Part shown: piece after piece, positions 49,846 through 64,000 of the stretch
How the letters are laid out: each line of letters opens with the position of its first letter
Numbering within the stretch: the first letter of the stretch is position 1
Assembly (NCBI RefSeq): GCF_009914755.1
Contig: NC_060926.1
Reading direction: 5' to 3' (one strand)
Source: the human T2T-CHM13v2.0 reference genome, Homo sapiens
DNA length: 64,000 bases
The notes under the pieces: model-generated
Databases searched by the model: none
What the model was told of the DNA's origin: nothing
The model's input: the letters and a program-made list of their open reading frames with translations, nothing else
Program-made: the position numbers and the translations under genes

Positions 49846-52800
49846 GAAAGAGACATGATGGCAATCAGTGAATGTGAGTGGTCATTACAAGGCATTTAAT
49901 TATTTGTCTTGATTATTACAAATTAAACTATAACCTAAATCACTAGTTCTCCAACTTACACAGCACAATCACTTGGGCAGCTTGTTGAATATAAGGAGGC
50001 CCCAGATATTCTGATTCAGTAGTTTATGAGTAGAGTCTTCACATCTATAATTTTAATGAACTGATGTATACCAAACACTGGCCCATATATTTTCTGAGTT
50101 TTCTGGAATCTTAAATTTTCCCACTATTTAATGAGATTATTCAGTTCTTAAAAACCTACACAGCTTGTGTTTGATGATCTTTATTAATATCTCACAGGTT
50201 TTCATTCATTCTTTCATTCATTCACTCACATGCATTCTTTGTATTGAACTAATGGTTGCAATATCTCACCAAACTGTCCTCTGCATAACCCACTAGCCCC
50301 TGCCTCCCACCCCTTCCGTCTTTCACAGAGCATGGTGTGCAGTGGAGCCAAGAGACCTTGGGCACTTTCTTTAATATTATCAAACCTCCTATTTCTTTGC
50401 TTTTGCAGTGAGGACAGCACAATCTCATGGGGACATTGTGAGGATCGTCCAGGCTAATGTGTGTGTGGGCCTTCTGTGATGTGCCACACAAATGCTACTT
50501 CTAACCATTTTCTTTTGTGGAAAGCCCAGGTGCTTATTCATGTAAAAGAGGGATTGGACTTGCCAGTCTCTGAGGCTTCCAGTGTTTTTGTACTTACTCA
50601 AACTCTCCATCGCTCCAAGGACAGTGCTGGCTCAGGATGGGCTGAGTGGACACCAAAGTCTGGCCTCTCCTCCCCCTCCCATTCAATCCTGACCAAACAG
50701 CACCTGCACTGTCTATACTCAGCTTTTGCAAATATGCTCAATGCTTTGCAAGCCTGTTGTCTTTTTTATTCTTCCTACATAATTGTTTGGACTTGCTTGA
50801 TGTACCTTGAATGGAGGATTCTTTATATAATCTAAATGCTTCTTCACCTCACTACCTGTGGGTACAATGAGGTCACAAGGGACTCTGTGCTTGGCTCCTG
50901 GGACTGGAGAGGTGTGGCTAGGAACTTGAGGCCACCACCTTCTGCCATCCTCCTGTGGCTCCTCCTAGCCATCTCAGGTGGTACTCTGGGCTTGCCATGA
51001 TGCTTTCATGAATCTCTTTGCTGTGCCTCTTGCTTGTTGTATGTCACCATCATCACTCTGCTCAGGCTGCCCCTTGAAGTGTGGCCACCACCACTTTCTC
51101 TGGACAGCTATTATCTGAACATCTACAGAATGGGAAGGGAAAGGCTTCTCTCTTCCTTTGTGACTCCTTTACAGGGATGCCTGAGCTCCAAGATGTTCCA
51201 GCTCTTTTCACTTTGCATATGCACGACCTTTTCTCTGCAAGGAGGCTCAAGCAGTGTTGGCCTCATTCTATGCAGAAACATTTCCATTTACTGCTCAGGT
51301 CCTGTTTCCAGATTGGTTCATAATGGTGGCTTCTTTCCCTTGGGATCTGTCTCCTAAAGTTCATCACTGCAATTTGGCTTTCATGAAGGCATTGCCAATG
51401 TCATCAGACATGTCTGTATATGTCCAAATCCCAAATTGTTTGTTTGTTTGTTTTTTGGAAGCTTCCCAGCCCTGCATAAATCAGTTGGCACAAACAGACT
51501 GAGGTGTGGGGTGCAGGGAGCCCAAAAGCTTATCCGGGACATAGAGTTATACCCAGAAAGCATGCTAAGGTGGGCAAAATCCTCTCTGCCATTCTTCAAG
51601 TGAGAAGCACCTACAGGTAGGATCGGGTAATTAGAGTGTGCAATGGAGGTGGATGGTGAAGAAAATGGCCTGCCCTGCCTATATGAAGAGTTATTGTTTC
51701 TTTCTTTGTCATTTATTTATTTGGGAAATAGTACCATAGGGTCAGCATTGAGAGAGCAGGAAGCTTTGAAGTGTTTTCCAGAGAGTGATGAAGGAGAAGC
51801 CAGGGAACACAGAATCAGGAGAAGCCAGTAGGTGGGTGAGGCCAGGACCCTCTGCCTCCTGCAGGCAGGCTGTGGAGCTCAGCAGTGATTCCTGTCATGG
51901 GCGCTTCCCCAGCTGTTGTGTGGAAGCCACTCAGTGAACGGCTGTGGCCCAGAATCAGGAGAAAGGGGGAAGGAGTGAGGGTGTAAAGGTAGTGGAGGGG
52001 GGTAAAATTTCTAGATTAGTTTCAGGGATGCAATAAACTTGATGAATTGAGAAGAGCCTCCAGTCTGTCTTCAGAATTATTGTATTAATTGCAAAGGTAT
52101 GATAAGCACAGAGGATCCTTCTCCTCAAGGAAAAGGAGATGTGGCATCCTTTACTCATCTCTCATCCCACACTCACTGCGTGCTCTCTGTGACATTCACT
52201 TTCAAGGCCCTCTCTGTCAGGGGACTGGCAGGACCTGCACTTGACTGGTGTTGGTGAAAAGTGGGAAGGAAGACCACCCGCTGGTGCTTCCAGTGCAGAG
52301 TCCAAGCCTGGATCAGGAACTGCTGTGAGAAAAGAGAGTACAGAGACTGGGAAACCTTGCTGAGAAAGAACAGACAGGAGTCAAAGAGGGAGTGAACGCC
52401 AAGCAAAGAGAAAAATGAAGAGCAATGACCGTGCGGTCCTAAGGCTAATTGTGTTGCTAGCAATAACTGGGAAGTTGGGAATGGGCTCTGGCTTGGAAGG
52501 AAAGATAACAAGCTTTGCTTCAGACAAGTTTTGTTGCAGGGGTTGGAAGGCCAACCAAATAGAGATCTTTCATAGACAATAAGAAATATGAGATAGGAGA
52601 AGGACAAGGGGTCAGGGTTTGAGAGTAGGCCGAGCAGCTGTCAGATAATGAGAGCAATGCCGGGTTAGTGAGATAATTCGTTTGTCTGCTTAAGAAACAT
52701 TCATTGACTGCCTACTGTGTGCCAAGCATGGATCTGAGCCCTGGGAATACTACAGTGAATCAGACAGGGAGGGCATCTTGAATGATTTGTACAGAGGAAG

Positions 52801-53949
52801 AGAATAAGTGCTGTCAAGTCACGAATGGGGCCGGGGGAAGGAGAGAGCATCAGTGTGGGAGGTCAGCCTGGGATGCAGGAGGCCAGGAGAGGAATAATAG
52901 CATGATGGATCAGCTGGGGCCTGAGCAGACCTGCATATAACAGAAAATCCAAACAGTGGAAGCCTAAACAAAGCAGGACTCTATAAGTATTTCACAAAGC
53001 AAGAAATGTGGAGGCGACCATCCAGCTCTGGTTCAGGAATGCCATCAAGCAGAGGACCAGGCACTCTGCCCCCCAGAGCTGCATAGGCAACTGCCTGCAT
53101 CGTGTGATCAGAGAGTCAACCATGGTCCCCTGTCCCCAACTTCAGAACCTTGCATTTCTTCCTTCTCTGGTTTGAGGTTGTGGTTTTCAAAGTGTACTCT
53201 GTGGTGCCCTAAGGAACTGTGGACATATCTCAGGGGTAGCCATGGGGACTAAAAGGCCAGCCAAGGGGGCTGGTCCTCAGGCACAGTTGGCCACATTTTA
53301 AACACAGCCTTTATCATAGTTATATTATATATGATTATATGCATATATTAACCCCAATTGCTCTTTCTCAGAAGAGTCCCTAAAAATGTTTCCTAGAGGA
53401 ACAGTTTGCCTGAATAGCTTTCTAGAGTGAGCAGGGGCTCATTTGTGAAGACTACCCACTGCTGCCAGAGGTGTGGTCTACCAAGTCACTGGATAATGTG
53501 TACATATATGTGTGTATGCATGGGCATGTGTGTGCATGTGCTGCATATGCACTCATCTGTGTGTCTTTCAGTGCCATGTACCTTTCCTCCCCTCAGTGAC
53601 CTGAGTCCTTCCCTCCCTGACGATGTCTGCATCCTACCCCCGAAAACATCCCTTATCCATTCCATATCTGGGGTCTTCTTTCCCATTCTTGTCCTAAAGC
53701 ACAGTACCATGTTGTAAATTTATTTTAGAACTTGTAGCTTTGGGGCATTTGAGGTGGGGACAGAGGAGAAGAAACAGGCAGGGAGAAAGGGAGTCTAGAG
53801 AAGAGGCACAGGATGCCAAGTCATGCTTGCTTCCAGGGAGGAAGCCTGGGCTGCTGGAATTACAGTTGTGAGACCATGCATTGTCCAGTCTCCGTGTCAG
53901 TACCATCACTCTCCTAGACTTGAGAAGGGACCTCACATTTGGTAAGAGT

Positions 53950-54670
53950 AAACTGTGTGCCTGACATTGTCCTAGGGGCTCTCCTATAATCATTTACTCT
54001 TCATACCAACCCTGCAAGACAGGCAATTTTACCCTCATTTTATAGATGAGGAAGACTTGCTTCATTTATATTTGAAGGCTGCTATGAAGGCCAAAAGAAA
54101 ATGTGTGGAAGAAAAATTTAAAATAGGGGAGGTGTTGTCCACGTGCATGGGTTGATATCCCTGGCTAACTTTCCTCTTGACCCATAGACCAATTTAGTAC
54201 CAAAGAAAATTCATCTACCCTCTTTCTGTCCCTAGCCTACTGATGACAAAAATGGAACATAGAAGGAGAAGGTCCAGGAAGATTCTGTATTTCAAGGGAA
54301 TAAGATACAAGTCCTGCCATAAAAGCCTCCAGAGAAGCAGGTAGAAAAATAGCCAGTCTTGTGGTTGAACTGAAGGTGCACGATATAAGCTCTGGCTGGT
54401 GACTTTGTTTCTCCAAGCTTTAGTTTCTTTATCTGTATAATGGGATCATAATAGGACCTGCCTCATCGGGTTGCCGTGAGGAGTGAGTAAGTGAATGCAC
54501 ATAAAGAAATTGGCAGTGTCTGCCATGGCGATGGCTTAGTAGCTGTTAGCTTCAGTTATTAAGGTTTACAGATGAGGAAACTGAGGGACACTTTCCCTAA
54601 ATCCCAAGCCCGGAGAGTTCAGACTGATCTCTCTCTCCTTCTCCTGCTCAGAGCCTGGCTCCCTGGAGCC
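53950..54670. mobile_element. Cluster of MIR fragments in both orientations
   Basis: CATTTTATAGATGAGGAA (~54040), AGTTTCTTTATCTGTATAATGGGATCATAATAG (~54425) and TTTACAGATGAGGAAACTGAGG (~54565). Confidence 0.7.
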
Positions 54671-57600
54671 CTTTCTGTTGTTTACACATGTGTGTGGGAA
54701 GTGCTGCTGGGGAGGGTGTGTGAACAAGGCTTTATGGCTAAGGAGGGATTGGAGTCATGTTTCCCTGTGGGTCTCATTTCCCAATCTGGCAAGGCTTATT
54801 CAACTCCCCACTTTCCTCACTGCCCCTCCCTGCCATCCTCCCTGTCGCTCCCTTTGTGAAGGGCCTGTTTCGACTCCTGGCTAGGAGAGTAGCAGTTGGG
54901 AATCCCTTCTTTTTCTAAATTTCTAATTTTATTATAGTCTTTTATAACTGTCTCAAGAGTCATCCTCAGGGACGATATTTCCCCTATTTTGTCACAGACT
55001 CAAACTAAGATTCTTAAAAGTCTCTTTAACTTTAACTTTGAAAAAAGATCCATGGAATTATTTTAAAGGAAGGTGAGTATGAATAAGAAAATGTGAAAGA
55101 AAGTGTTAGGAATGGGGAGAGAGAGACAGAAGTTTCTACACTGGTTGATGTAAGATCAACAAGACCCTATGGAATTGAGCCATTTGTGGAGACCCTCAGG
55201 AGGGAGAGATGGCCCAGGACAGTGCAGAAAGTGTGGGGTAGGTGGGGTGTGTGACCGGGGTCCTAGGTCTTCCAGTAGTTTGACCCTGGTACTTTCCACA
55301 GAACTGAAATATGGGTGTCTCAGGAACCTACTAATATGAAGGGTTTGAGTGGAAATCTCCTGCCATAGTGGCTTGAGAAGACTCCAGGGAAAGGTAACCC
55401 ATTTACTCACAGCAGCCATTAACGTTCAGACCCAGAGGAGTTTAGCAGATTAGCTCTAGATTTATAAGACCCAGGAAAGTGGATACTGGGCTGACCAGGA
55501 AGGGATGGGGCTGAGGGAAAAGAGGAGACCAAGCCTGCTGGACCGAATTTGGAGGCACCGGTGACCCCCTGGGGGAGAGGCAGATTTTGTAGGGTCTTCA
55601 TTTTCTTCTGGGGCCAGTCCAATTATCTTGGGTGGTGGGCCTGCTAATGGAGGTGGGTTGGCTTGTGGAGGACATGAGAAGGGAGAGAGATCAGGATATT
55701 ATATTTAAGGAATTATGTTAAAGGGTAAAATCTAGAAGCCATAGTCTAAAAGAATTTATATTTAGTTGGGGAAAATCAAAGGATGCAGAAAAGAAAACAA
55801 GACAAGGAAATTCTGGTTGTGCCTAAATCCCAGGAACAGGTGCTCAGACCTAAAGAGCTGCTGCCAACCAGAGCTCTTGGTGGACTGACTGATGGCAAGG
55901 TGTCCGACTTCTTAGGGTCTCTTGAAATTCCTTTCTTTTGATGCCACACAGAGGCTCTAAGAGAGGAGGTCCTTGTTCTGACACCCTGAGGGTGGGCTTT
56001 GAACTCTGCCTCCCCTTCACTATCTCATCCTTGGGAGCACCCCAGGCTTCCTGGACTCTCAGGGGGTAAAGCCAAGATTCCCAGGTGGGACCTCTCATCT
56101 TTGGGGAATGCCTGCCCCACACACCGAGCCTGAACTTAGAGCACACAGCTGTAGGGTGTCCTGAGTTGATCTAAGGTATGAGCATCTGCTAGGGTTATTT
56201 TATTATCTCCTCTGGCCTGAATGATTACTCTCTGTATTTAAACAAACATAAAAAGGTAAAACAAAAATAACAAAACAATGTATTCTCAGTCTTGCATCTC
56301 ACCAGTCTGTAGGTTCGGATAATGACATGTGAATCATAGCTTTGAGCCTTGCTACCTTTGAGCTCCCACCTGCTTCACAGTGTCTTACTGAGTTCCCTCC
56401 TCCCAAACATTCTTGGACTACCCATGGGGTAGTTGCTAGAGGCTGTGCAGTCCGAGCTACCATTTGATGCTGGCTTCTGTTACTTTGGCCTGTCACCTCT
56501 ACTATTGAGCAAGAGTCTTTGTTTGTCCCAGGATTGCCACGATAAGGGGCTCTCTCTGTCATCCCAAATTGCTGCCAACTGGCTCAACCACTGGTGTTCG
56601 TAGGAAGTGAGAACATTGTGTCCCCGGTGCTTCATTGAGGAAGATCTCAAAATAGCTTTGTCTGTACCTCAAAGGGTCACAATTTAGTGGGACAAAATTT
56701 AGTCAATTTACAAACGCACAGACGTTTCTTCTCTTTGTGTCTTTTGGATAGCTGAATGGGGACGAGTTCCTAATGTTACTCAAATGCTGCACACAGAGCC
56801 ACCGTCACCCTAAGCCCCAGTCCTGCTGCTGTGTCTGGTTCACCTTGGCAGACTTTCTTACTTTCAGTGAATTATCTCACAGGGTTCATATCATTCCTTT
56901 CTGCAAATGGGCTTCCATAAGGAAACACCAAGTAGCTCACCAGACATGTCTACTTATGTGCAAACTCCTATAGAATCAGTTTAAGATTTTTTTTGAGCAA
57001 TATCTCATTTCTGCTGTAATCAAGGGATCACATAGATTTTTGAGAGAAAGGTATTTTCCAGCTCCATCTAGCAGAGTGTTCCAGGGGCTCCCTTCTGGCC
57101 CAGCTGGGACACCTAGTTATTCCAATTAGCAGCAATACCTAGGCAGAACTTTCCTGAGGACCGAATCTGCCAAGAGTTAGTCCAACACATCCACTACCAC
57201 CACAAAGCCCAGGACCAACTTCCCACTCCACTATGGCTGAATAAACCATACTCCTGGGGCAAGACATGCTCCCAGATCCCTGCACTGAATTATCTCATCA
57301 TGCAAGACCTCCACTATTTTGGGAAATAGTTACTGTCTTCTGTCTTATGCAACAGGGCACACTAAAGACCCAGAAGGGAGAGAACATTTACTTTAATTAG
57401 TATGGACTGTAATGCAGAGAACCTGTAGCCATGAATCAAGTATATTCAGACCAGAGTGGATCTGTCTGAGAGAAGGCAAAGATCTCCTTTTTCAGACTCA
57501 TGAAGCTTCATGAAATGTCTTTTCTTGGTCACTTATTATTTATGGGCCAGGTTAATGTGCCTTATTGGATCCTTGTCATAACATCTCCACTGCCCATAAC

Positions 57601-57689
57601 ATCTTCTCCCTTTTCTTTCCTTCTTTTCTTTTCTGTATCCCTTCCTCCTTTCCTCCATTTCCTTCTGTACCTTCCCTCTCTCCTGCCTT

Positions 57690-59740
57690 CTACCTATACA
57701 CCTCACACGCTGCTGGGTACTAGAGGGATGAGGGTTGGGTAAGGCATTGTCCTTGCCCTTGAAGGGCAAGCACATCATATGACGGGGAAGGCAGATGTGT
57801 ACACAATTAACTATAATAAAATATGGTGAGCAGTGAAATGGAGATCTGCCCAAAGTGTCCTGGGAGCACGGAGGAGGGAGCAAAGAAGCTGCCTTAGAGG
57901 TCATCAGGAAAAGCTCCACTGAGAAGGTGATTTCTGAGCTGCCTTTTGAAGACCAAATAGGAATGTCGAGGTGCGTAAAAACGGGAAGGGCTTTCGAGGC
58001 AGGGAGACTGTGAAAATAGTGCATGGCATATAGTCTGATTTGGCCAGCGGATAGAGTAAGGAATGCAGGAACATTTGAACAGGTAGCTCAGGATCACTAT
58101 GGGCTGGGATCTGAGTGTCATGCTTAGGAAATGGCATTTTGTTCAGTATATGGTGGAGAGCCACACACAGAATTTTTATTTGGGCAACACTTCTTGACTG
58201 GCAAGGCTCACACAGCAATACTCAAGGTGGGCAGTGAAATTTGTGTGTAATTGTGTTTAATCAATCAATGGATCGAGTTTTTATTAATGGCCAGTGTTTG
58301 CAAGGTTCTGTGTTAGCTACAGTGAGATTGCAAAAGATACATTATGATTCATATACTATAGGAGGTCAGATTCATCCTCACTTAGAAAAAGTTAAGGGTA
58401 GGGAGGGGGAGTACAATACAAGATTGTGTGGTTGAAGGGCTGAGCAAAGAAGAGAGAGCAGAGGAGTCTGAGTAGGTCTACCAGAGGAGGAGGTCTGAAG
58501 GATCAGCAAGAGGCCATTCTTCATAGGGAAGCCACATGGGCAAAGACTTACATGGAGTGTGTGTGGACAGCGAGGTGCAGCATCACAGGACCTCTGGGTG
58601 GGGAGGAACTTAAAAACCCTTCTAGAAAAACTATGCATGCCTTCCCAGTCCTACATGTGGGTTTCTTCTGTAATATCCCTACACGTGATCATCAGTCTTT
58701 GTTGGAAATATTTCAAGATGGGAGCAGATAATTTCACCTTTAGATGTCTCTGTTGGAAAGTCCTGTGGAGCCTAGCTCATGGTTTCTGGTGTTCACTGAT
58801 TTCAGATATCTCCCTCTCTGTCATCAGTATCTCTCCCTGTTTGCTGCAGAGCAGCCCTTCTGATTTCCTAAACAAGCTCGGCAACCTTTTAACTTCCCCT
58901 TTTCCAGGTTGGAAACTCAGTTTCTCCAACTGTTGTTCCACAGGTTCAGCTGGTGAAAACCCTCCCTTTGATTCTCCTTTGAAGTAGGATCTGCTCAGGG
59001 CTGTGTAGTCTGGACACAGTTCAGTGGGTGGCGACTAGCCTCTGTAAAATGATGCGTTTTAAATGGTATTTTGTGAAAATGAGGTGGGGCTCAGAGTTCA
59101 GGATAGGCTGGGATGATTCAACTGCAGGAAGGCAAAATTTGGGGGACCTTGGCAGGAGTTTAGGCCTAGGACTTGGATCAGGGGTGATGGGGGTCAGGGG
59201 ATAAGTAGGAAAGATGGAAGCCAAAGGTCATTTCAAAATTTTAATAAAAGAAAAGTGAGACAATGATGACTTTAAGTTTTCTAATCTGAAAGCCATGGCA
59301 ATAGCATGGGCGGAAGTGGGGTGGTGGGGAAGGGAGCTGACTGGGGAACAGTTCTGAATTTGCTGCTAGAGGAGGCTGTGGGCACACTCTGGGAGCCCAG
59401 GTTCATGGTTAGATTGGAGACACGGGCTTTGGATTCATGAAAAACAGGGAACCTGTATAGGGAGTGAAAATATACAGAGGAGAGAGCCATCAAGAAAGAC
59501 TCCTATAGGAAATCCTCAGCGCGCAGACTAGAAGAGCCCAAGACCCCCACAAAGGAGATAGGGACTCACTGAATTTTCTGGAGAGCAGCACTGACAACGC
59601 CTAAGTAGAGGGCTTTCAAAAGGAAAGAGCGGTTAGTGATAGCAAACGCTCAGGAGGATAAAGAAAATGAGGCCGCTGAGTTTACCTAGGGGGAAGTCAG
59701 TTTCAGTAGACTCAAGGGGGCCAAAGTGACCCTGGTGGAG
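57690..59740 (-). mobile_element. L2 LINE fragments (discontinuous)
   Basis: Purine-rich antisense L2-like segments at ~57690-58110, ~58255-58600 and ~59020-59740; boundaries approximate. Confidence 0.5.
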
Positions 59741-61479
59741 ATTCAGAAGGGACTGTGTGTCTGGATACCCCCTCCCAACACCCCCACCGCAGGAGAGCTA
59801 CATTTCCCCCTCTCCCCTCAGCCCACTGGTCCCTCCCATTGTCTACCTTCCTGCCTTCACTCCCAATTCCTCAGTGCTGACCACCAGTTGGTGGTCTCCT
59901 TGGTGGCATGGCTGAATCACTCTTCCCCGGTGGGGAAGGTGGGGTAGTCTCTCAGCAGGGTGCAGCTCCTCAGCGGAGGCCAGGCCCACCCAGGCTGGCC
60001 AGCCCACTGTGAGAGCAGCCTGCACTGACAATGCGTCTGCCTGGCAGGTGCAGGAGAACCAAGGTGCTGCTCTGGCAATGACAGCCTCACAGGCCCCTAA
60101 GGTTGCAGCTGAACTAGGGAAATATATTTTACTTGACATCTGAATGCCATGGTTCCCAGGGGGCAGAGGGCGAGCTGGGAGAAGCTCCACCCCTCCCTCT
60201 CCCTGGCCAGCCCTTTCCCTACAGGGAAACCCCAACACCCTGGTGCATCCTGTGAACTCCCTGTTTCTATCTCCCTCAGCACTGAACAGTCTGCTTTCCC
60301 CTGGCCATCAGCTTCTTACTGCCTAGGAGCTCACTCTGGTCTACGCCAAGGGCAAATGTGTCTGCTAAAGTTAAGGGCGATTTCCAAGCTTCTTCGGCAG
60401 AGACCCCAGAATTCTAGTAATGAGGGAGACAGGTTATGCCAAGCCTGCTTCTCCCAGGATGCACTGGGAGCCTGGGAACCAGGAGGGAGGGAGGAGGCTC
60501 AGCTGAGGAGCTCAGGATTTAATTCTATGCATCATTAAGTAGTCCTCTGAAAGTGGTGTCCCCCTATACATCATCCATGCTTAGTAAACAGCACGCTGAC
60601 ATTACATTAGTGGCTGGAAATGAATTTTCTTTTTTATAGGGAAATTGAGAATCCGCCAAGAAGAAAGAAAGAAAGAAGAAAAAAAACCTCAAAACCAATT
60701 ATCTAGGCATTTATGAGTTCCACCCTGGTCCCTCTCTCTCTCCTCTCTCACTCAGATGCAAAGAAGCATTTAATATTTAATATATTAAGAAAAGAAAGAA
60801 ACTTTGATAGATTATGTGGAATCTGGCGTTAATTCTCTCTGCCCCTCCTTACTTCCTCATTCTCCCCTCCCGAAAACCCTTCGCCTCGTTCTAGCTGACA
60901 TTTAAATGGATTAAGGTGTTCAGATTTCCTTAATAGTGTTGACATTTTGGAAATATTTCTGGCTTTTTTTTTCCTCTCTCTCCTCTAAATAATAATAATA
61001 ATAAATAAATATTGGAATGGATATTCTCCCTCCCACTGGAAGGCGGGCTCCAGCCCTGTCCTACTCTCTAGCACTGAGGCGATTTACATTTTTCCTTCTT
61101 ATTTACAAGATGAAGGACAAAGAGAAGTCAAAGTCCTCCTTGGGAGATAGTGGGCTGAGTGTGGGATCGGGGGTGCAACTGGTCAGATGGAATTCTGCTG
61201 CTCGCTAACTTATTTCCCAGACCTGCAGCCCCTTCCCCGCTTCTTCAGGGTTTGGCATAGGGGAATCTGTCTGCCTCTCCCAGGTCCTGCACTGTGCCTC
61301 CACCCTGGCTCCGTGGCTCTTCCTTCTTGTCACAGGCACCGTCCTTCCTCTTTGTAATGTGGTCGGGCTCCTTTGCAGACTTGCCCTCACTTACCAGACA
61401 GACCCGCCTGGGAGTTCCCCTTCCCTTTAGAAATATAGCCCTGTAGTCTAACGAGGAACCCAGAGAAAAGGAGGTGCAT

Positions 61480-61690
61480 TTGATTCTGTCTATTCACTCG
61501 TCTCCCTGGAATTTGAGTATCCTTTCTTGCACTGAGCATTGGTGTGTTCCCATACCTAGATGCCAAGGCCTTTGAGTGGTCCATGTCTTTTTAATCTCTG
61601 TGTCCCAGCTCACAGCACAACACTTGGTACATAGTAGGCAGGCAGGAAGGAAGGAAGGAAGGAAAAAGGAAAGGGAAAGAAGAGGAAAAG
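61480..61690 (+). mobile_element. L2 3' end with (GGAA)n tail
   Basis: TCTCTGTGTCCCAGC..AGCACAACACTTGGTACATAGTAGGC followed by a GGAA/GA-rich tract. Confidence 0.7.
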
Positions 61691-63370
61691 AAGACAGACC
61701 CCCTGCAGTTGGAAGTCTTCATTGGTTAGCTAACATTCTCAAATTCCTGATGCTGTATGTGGCCTCCAAACAAAATTAATCAGCAGATGTACAAAGAAGC
61801 ATGATGCCCAGCTCTGTGCTGAGTCCTGCCCATGAGTTTCCCGTAGTTTAACGGTTGTTGTTACTGTTGTTTGCAGAAATAACTGACAATGTGTATAGAG
61901 AACCCAGTGTTCCCAAGAGCAATCCTTCTTCATGAATATCAACTAGAAGGAGATGGAATCAGATGGCCTTGGAGAATAATCTCAGTGCTCTTATTTAGTA
62001 TAGGCTACTTTATCGCTCAGGACTCAGTTTTCTGATATAGAAAGCAGGGTTGATAACAATCCTGACCTGAGGACACTACTGCGACTATTATAAGGATAAC
62101 ACACATTCACTGATTAAAGACGGTGACCACACCATGAGTGGTCAACAAGTTGTACCTGCTTTGTGTTGTAATGTTAGTTAGGCATTTAATCCAGTAGCTG
62201 ATCAATAATGGTTTTCACTAACCAGGCTACACTGGTCAACATTTGAGAATATTCCCAAAAAGAAGAAGAAAAGAAATCATCGGAACCTATTATGAGTTCT
62301 AACCTGATCTCTTCCTCAAGTTCTGTTTTTATATTCATATGCAAGGAAGCATTTGATGTACAACAAAGTAAAGCAACTTTGAGAGATTTTTGGAAGAGGA
62401 GTTTCCAGAAGTATCTGTTAGAAGAATTTCCACTGGGTTTTGGCCACTTTGGCAGAATTAGTACAGGTTCAGTGCAGACAGTGAGTGGCCTGAGTGATAA
62501 CAGGCATGATTCATTCTGACGCTCACACTTCTCTGTGGGTGGGTCCCCACCCTCTGCCTTTACCTCCTTGTGTTTCTGCACCTACCCCTGGCCTTGCCAC
62601 CTTGCCACTGGCCTGCTCCTTTCAGTATGCAATGATGTGAGTGTTTTCTAGGGACAAATACCCCAATTTTTAAAAATCTGGATTGCCCCATTTCCACAAA
62701 GTTGACTTTTATTCTTTCTTCCAAAGATATCCCAGCCCAAACTTCATGGAACCACTTTCTCCCTTGGGCTGTGTGTGGCCTGCAAGGGTGTTATGTGCAT
62801 CAGACTTGCTTGGCTTAGCAGGGGACGCAGCAAGACTTCAGGGCTTGGTTTAAATTGCTTTTTTATATCTTAGTTGTAATCAGCCTGGAGTCTACTTTGT
62901 ATTTTTGCCCTTTCTTTTCATTTTGAGATCCCTACTCTGTTAATCTATTAATACTTGCGTTTTGAGTCATTGACTTTAGATTCGCTGCTTTTCATGGTCT
63001 GTGACTTAGTGTCTGTTAGATTCAAAAGAAGTGTCCAGCACATATGATTTGCCAAGCACTGTAAGAGGTGCAGGATTAACCGATGACTAGGACATATTTC
63101 CCTGCATCAAGCTTACGGCCTAGAAGGGCCTAGAAGGGCATCGAGCTTGCAAACCAGTAAATAGTGTCTACAATCAAAGAGCATTCAAAGGACTGAATTG
63201 GCATAGATTGGGGAGCAGGGGTCAGGGAAAAAGCAGGAGGGAGTCAAGAAAGAAGAGGGCATTCTCCAGGGAGACTGGTGAGGGTGGGGTTAGTGGAGAG
63301 GTTGTGCAGAATGCAGAATTCACATACTCTCATTCTTCTTTTCATTTAATAAAGAAGGATTTAATTAGGC

Positions 63371-63676
63371 TTTTTTTTTTTTTTTTTTTTTTTGAGATGA
63401 AGCCTCACTTTTGTCTCCCAGGCTGGAGTGCAATGACATGCTCTTGGCTCACTTCAACCTCCACCTCCCGAGTTCAAGTGATTCTCCTGCCTTGGCCACC
63501 TGAGTAGCTAGGATTACAGGAGCCTGCCACCATGCCCGGCTAATTTTTGTATTTTTAGTAGAGATGGGGTTTCACCATGTTGGCCAGGCTGGTCTTGAAC
63601 TCCTGACCTCAGGCGATCCCCTTGCCTCGGCCTCCCAAAGTGCTGGGATTACAGGCATGAGCCACCATGCCTGGCC
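63371..63676 (-). mobile_element. Alu SINE (AluS-type), full length
   Basis: T23 tail, Alu dimer; TSD TAATTAGGC at 63362-63370 and 63677-63685. Confidence 0.97.
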
Positions 63677-64000
63677 TAATTAGGCTTATGTTGGATTAGA
63701 TGACCCTAATTCTATCTGATTGAGTGCATTCAGAAGATAAGAGAAAGAGATTCCTGGTTGCAGACCTCAGGTCTTAGCTTCTGCTCTTCTGCTTTCTTCC
63801 CTCAGTTGCCCCAAGAGCTTCTATTAATTACATTCATGTTATATAGGCTTTGAGCTGGTCACCCCATTCATTCACCCATTTTTTCTGCTTACTGGTGAGG
63901 TTGAATGGATTTTTGTATGCTTATTGGAAACTTGTGTTTCCTCTTCTGTAAAACGATTATTCATGATTTTTTTGACATTTGTTGTTGTTGTTGTCGTTGT

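Noticed and set aside
57100-57560. Possible old ERV LTR
   Set aside because: Could not assign a family or termini with confidence.

Overview
Primate (very probably human) genomic DNA with no protein-coding gene, tRNA, rRNA, snRNA or CRISPR array that I can support. The window is a mosaic of retro- and DNA-transposon relics: five full-length Alus (AluJ/S/Y) and a FLAM, all on the minus strand; an L1PB 3' end; MaLR/ERVL LTRs; MER5A, MER81 and Charlie; and many MIR, L2 and L3 fragments. It also has several microsatellites, two CpG-rich promoter-like islands (~9.8-10.1 kb and ~43.4-43.9 kb) and several repeat-free, motif-dense blocks that look like developmental enhancers. Most ORFs in the track are explained by repeats, low complexity or chance. 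The most unusual structures are two non-tandem local duplications of non-transposon DNA. One is a 227-bp, ~96%-identical direct repeat 1.67 kb apart. The other is a ~220-bp patchwork at 36.5 kb that joins the end of the 38.47-39.38 kb segment to its start in permuted order, which suggests a templated or circle-derived insertion. Several 23-38 bp tandem duplications also copy transcription-factor motifs. Repeat subfamily names come from recalled consensus sequences and boundaries of old repeats are approximate. I found no evidence for a novel multi-gene system.
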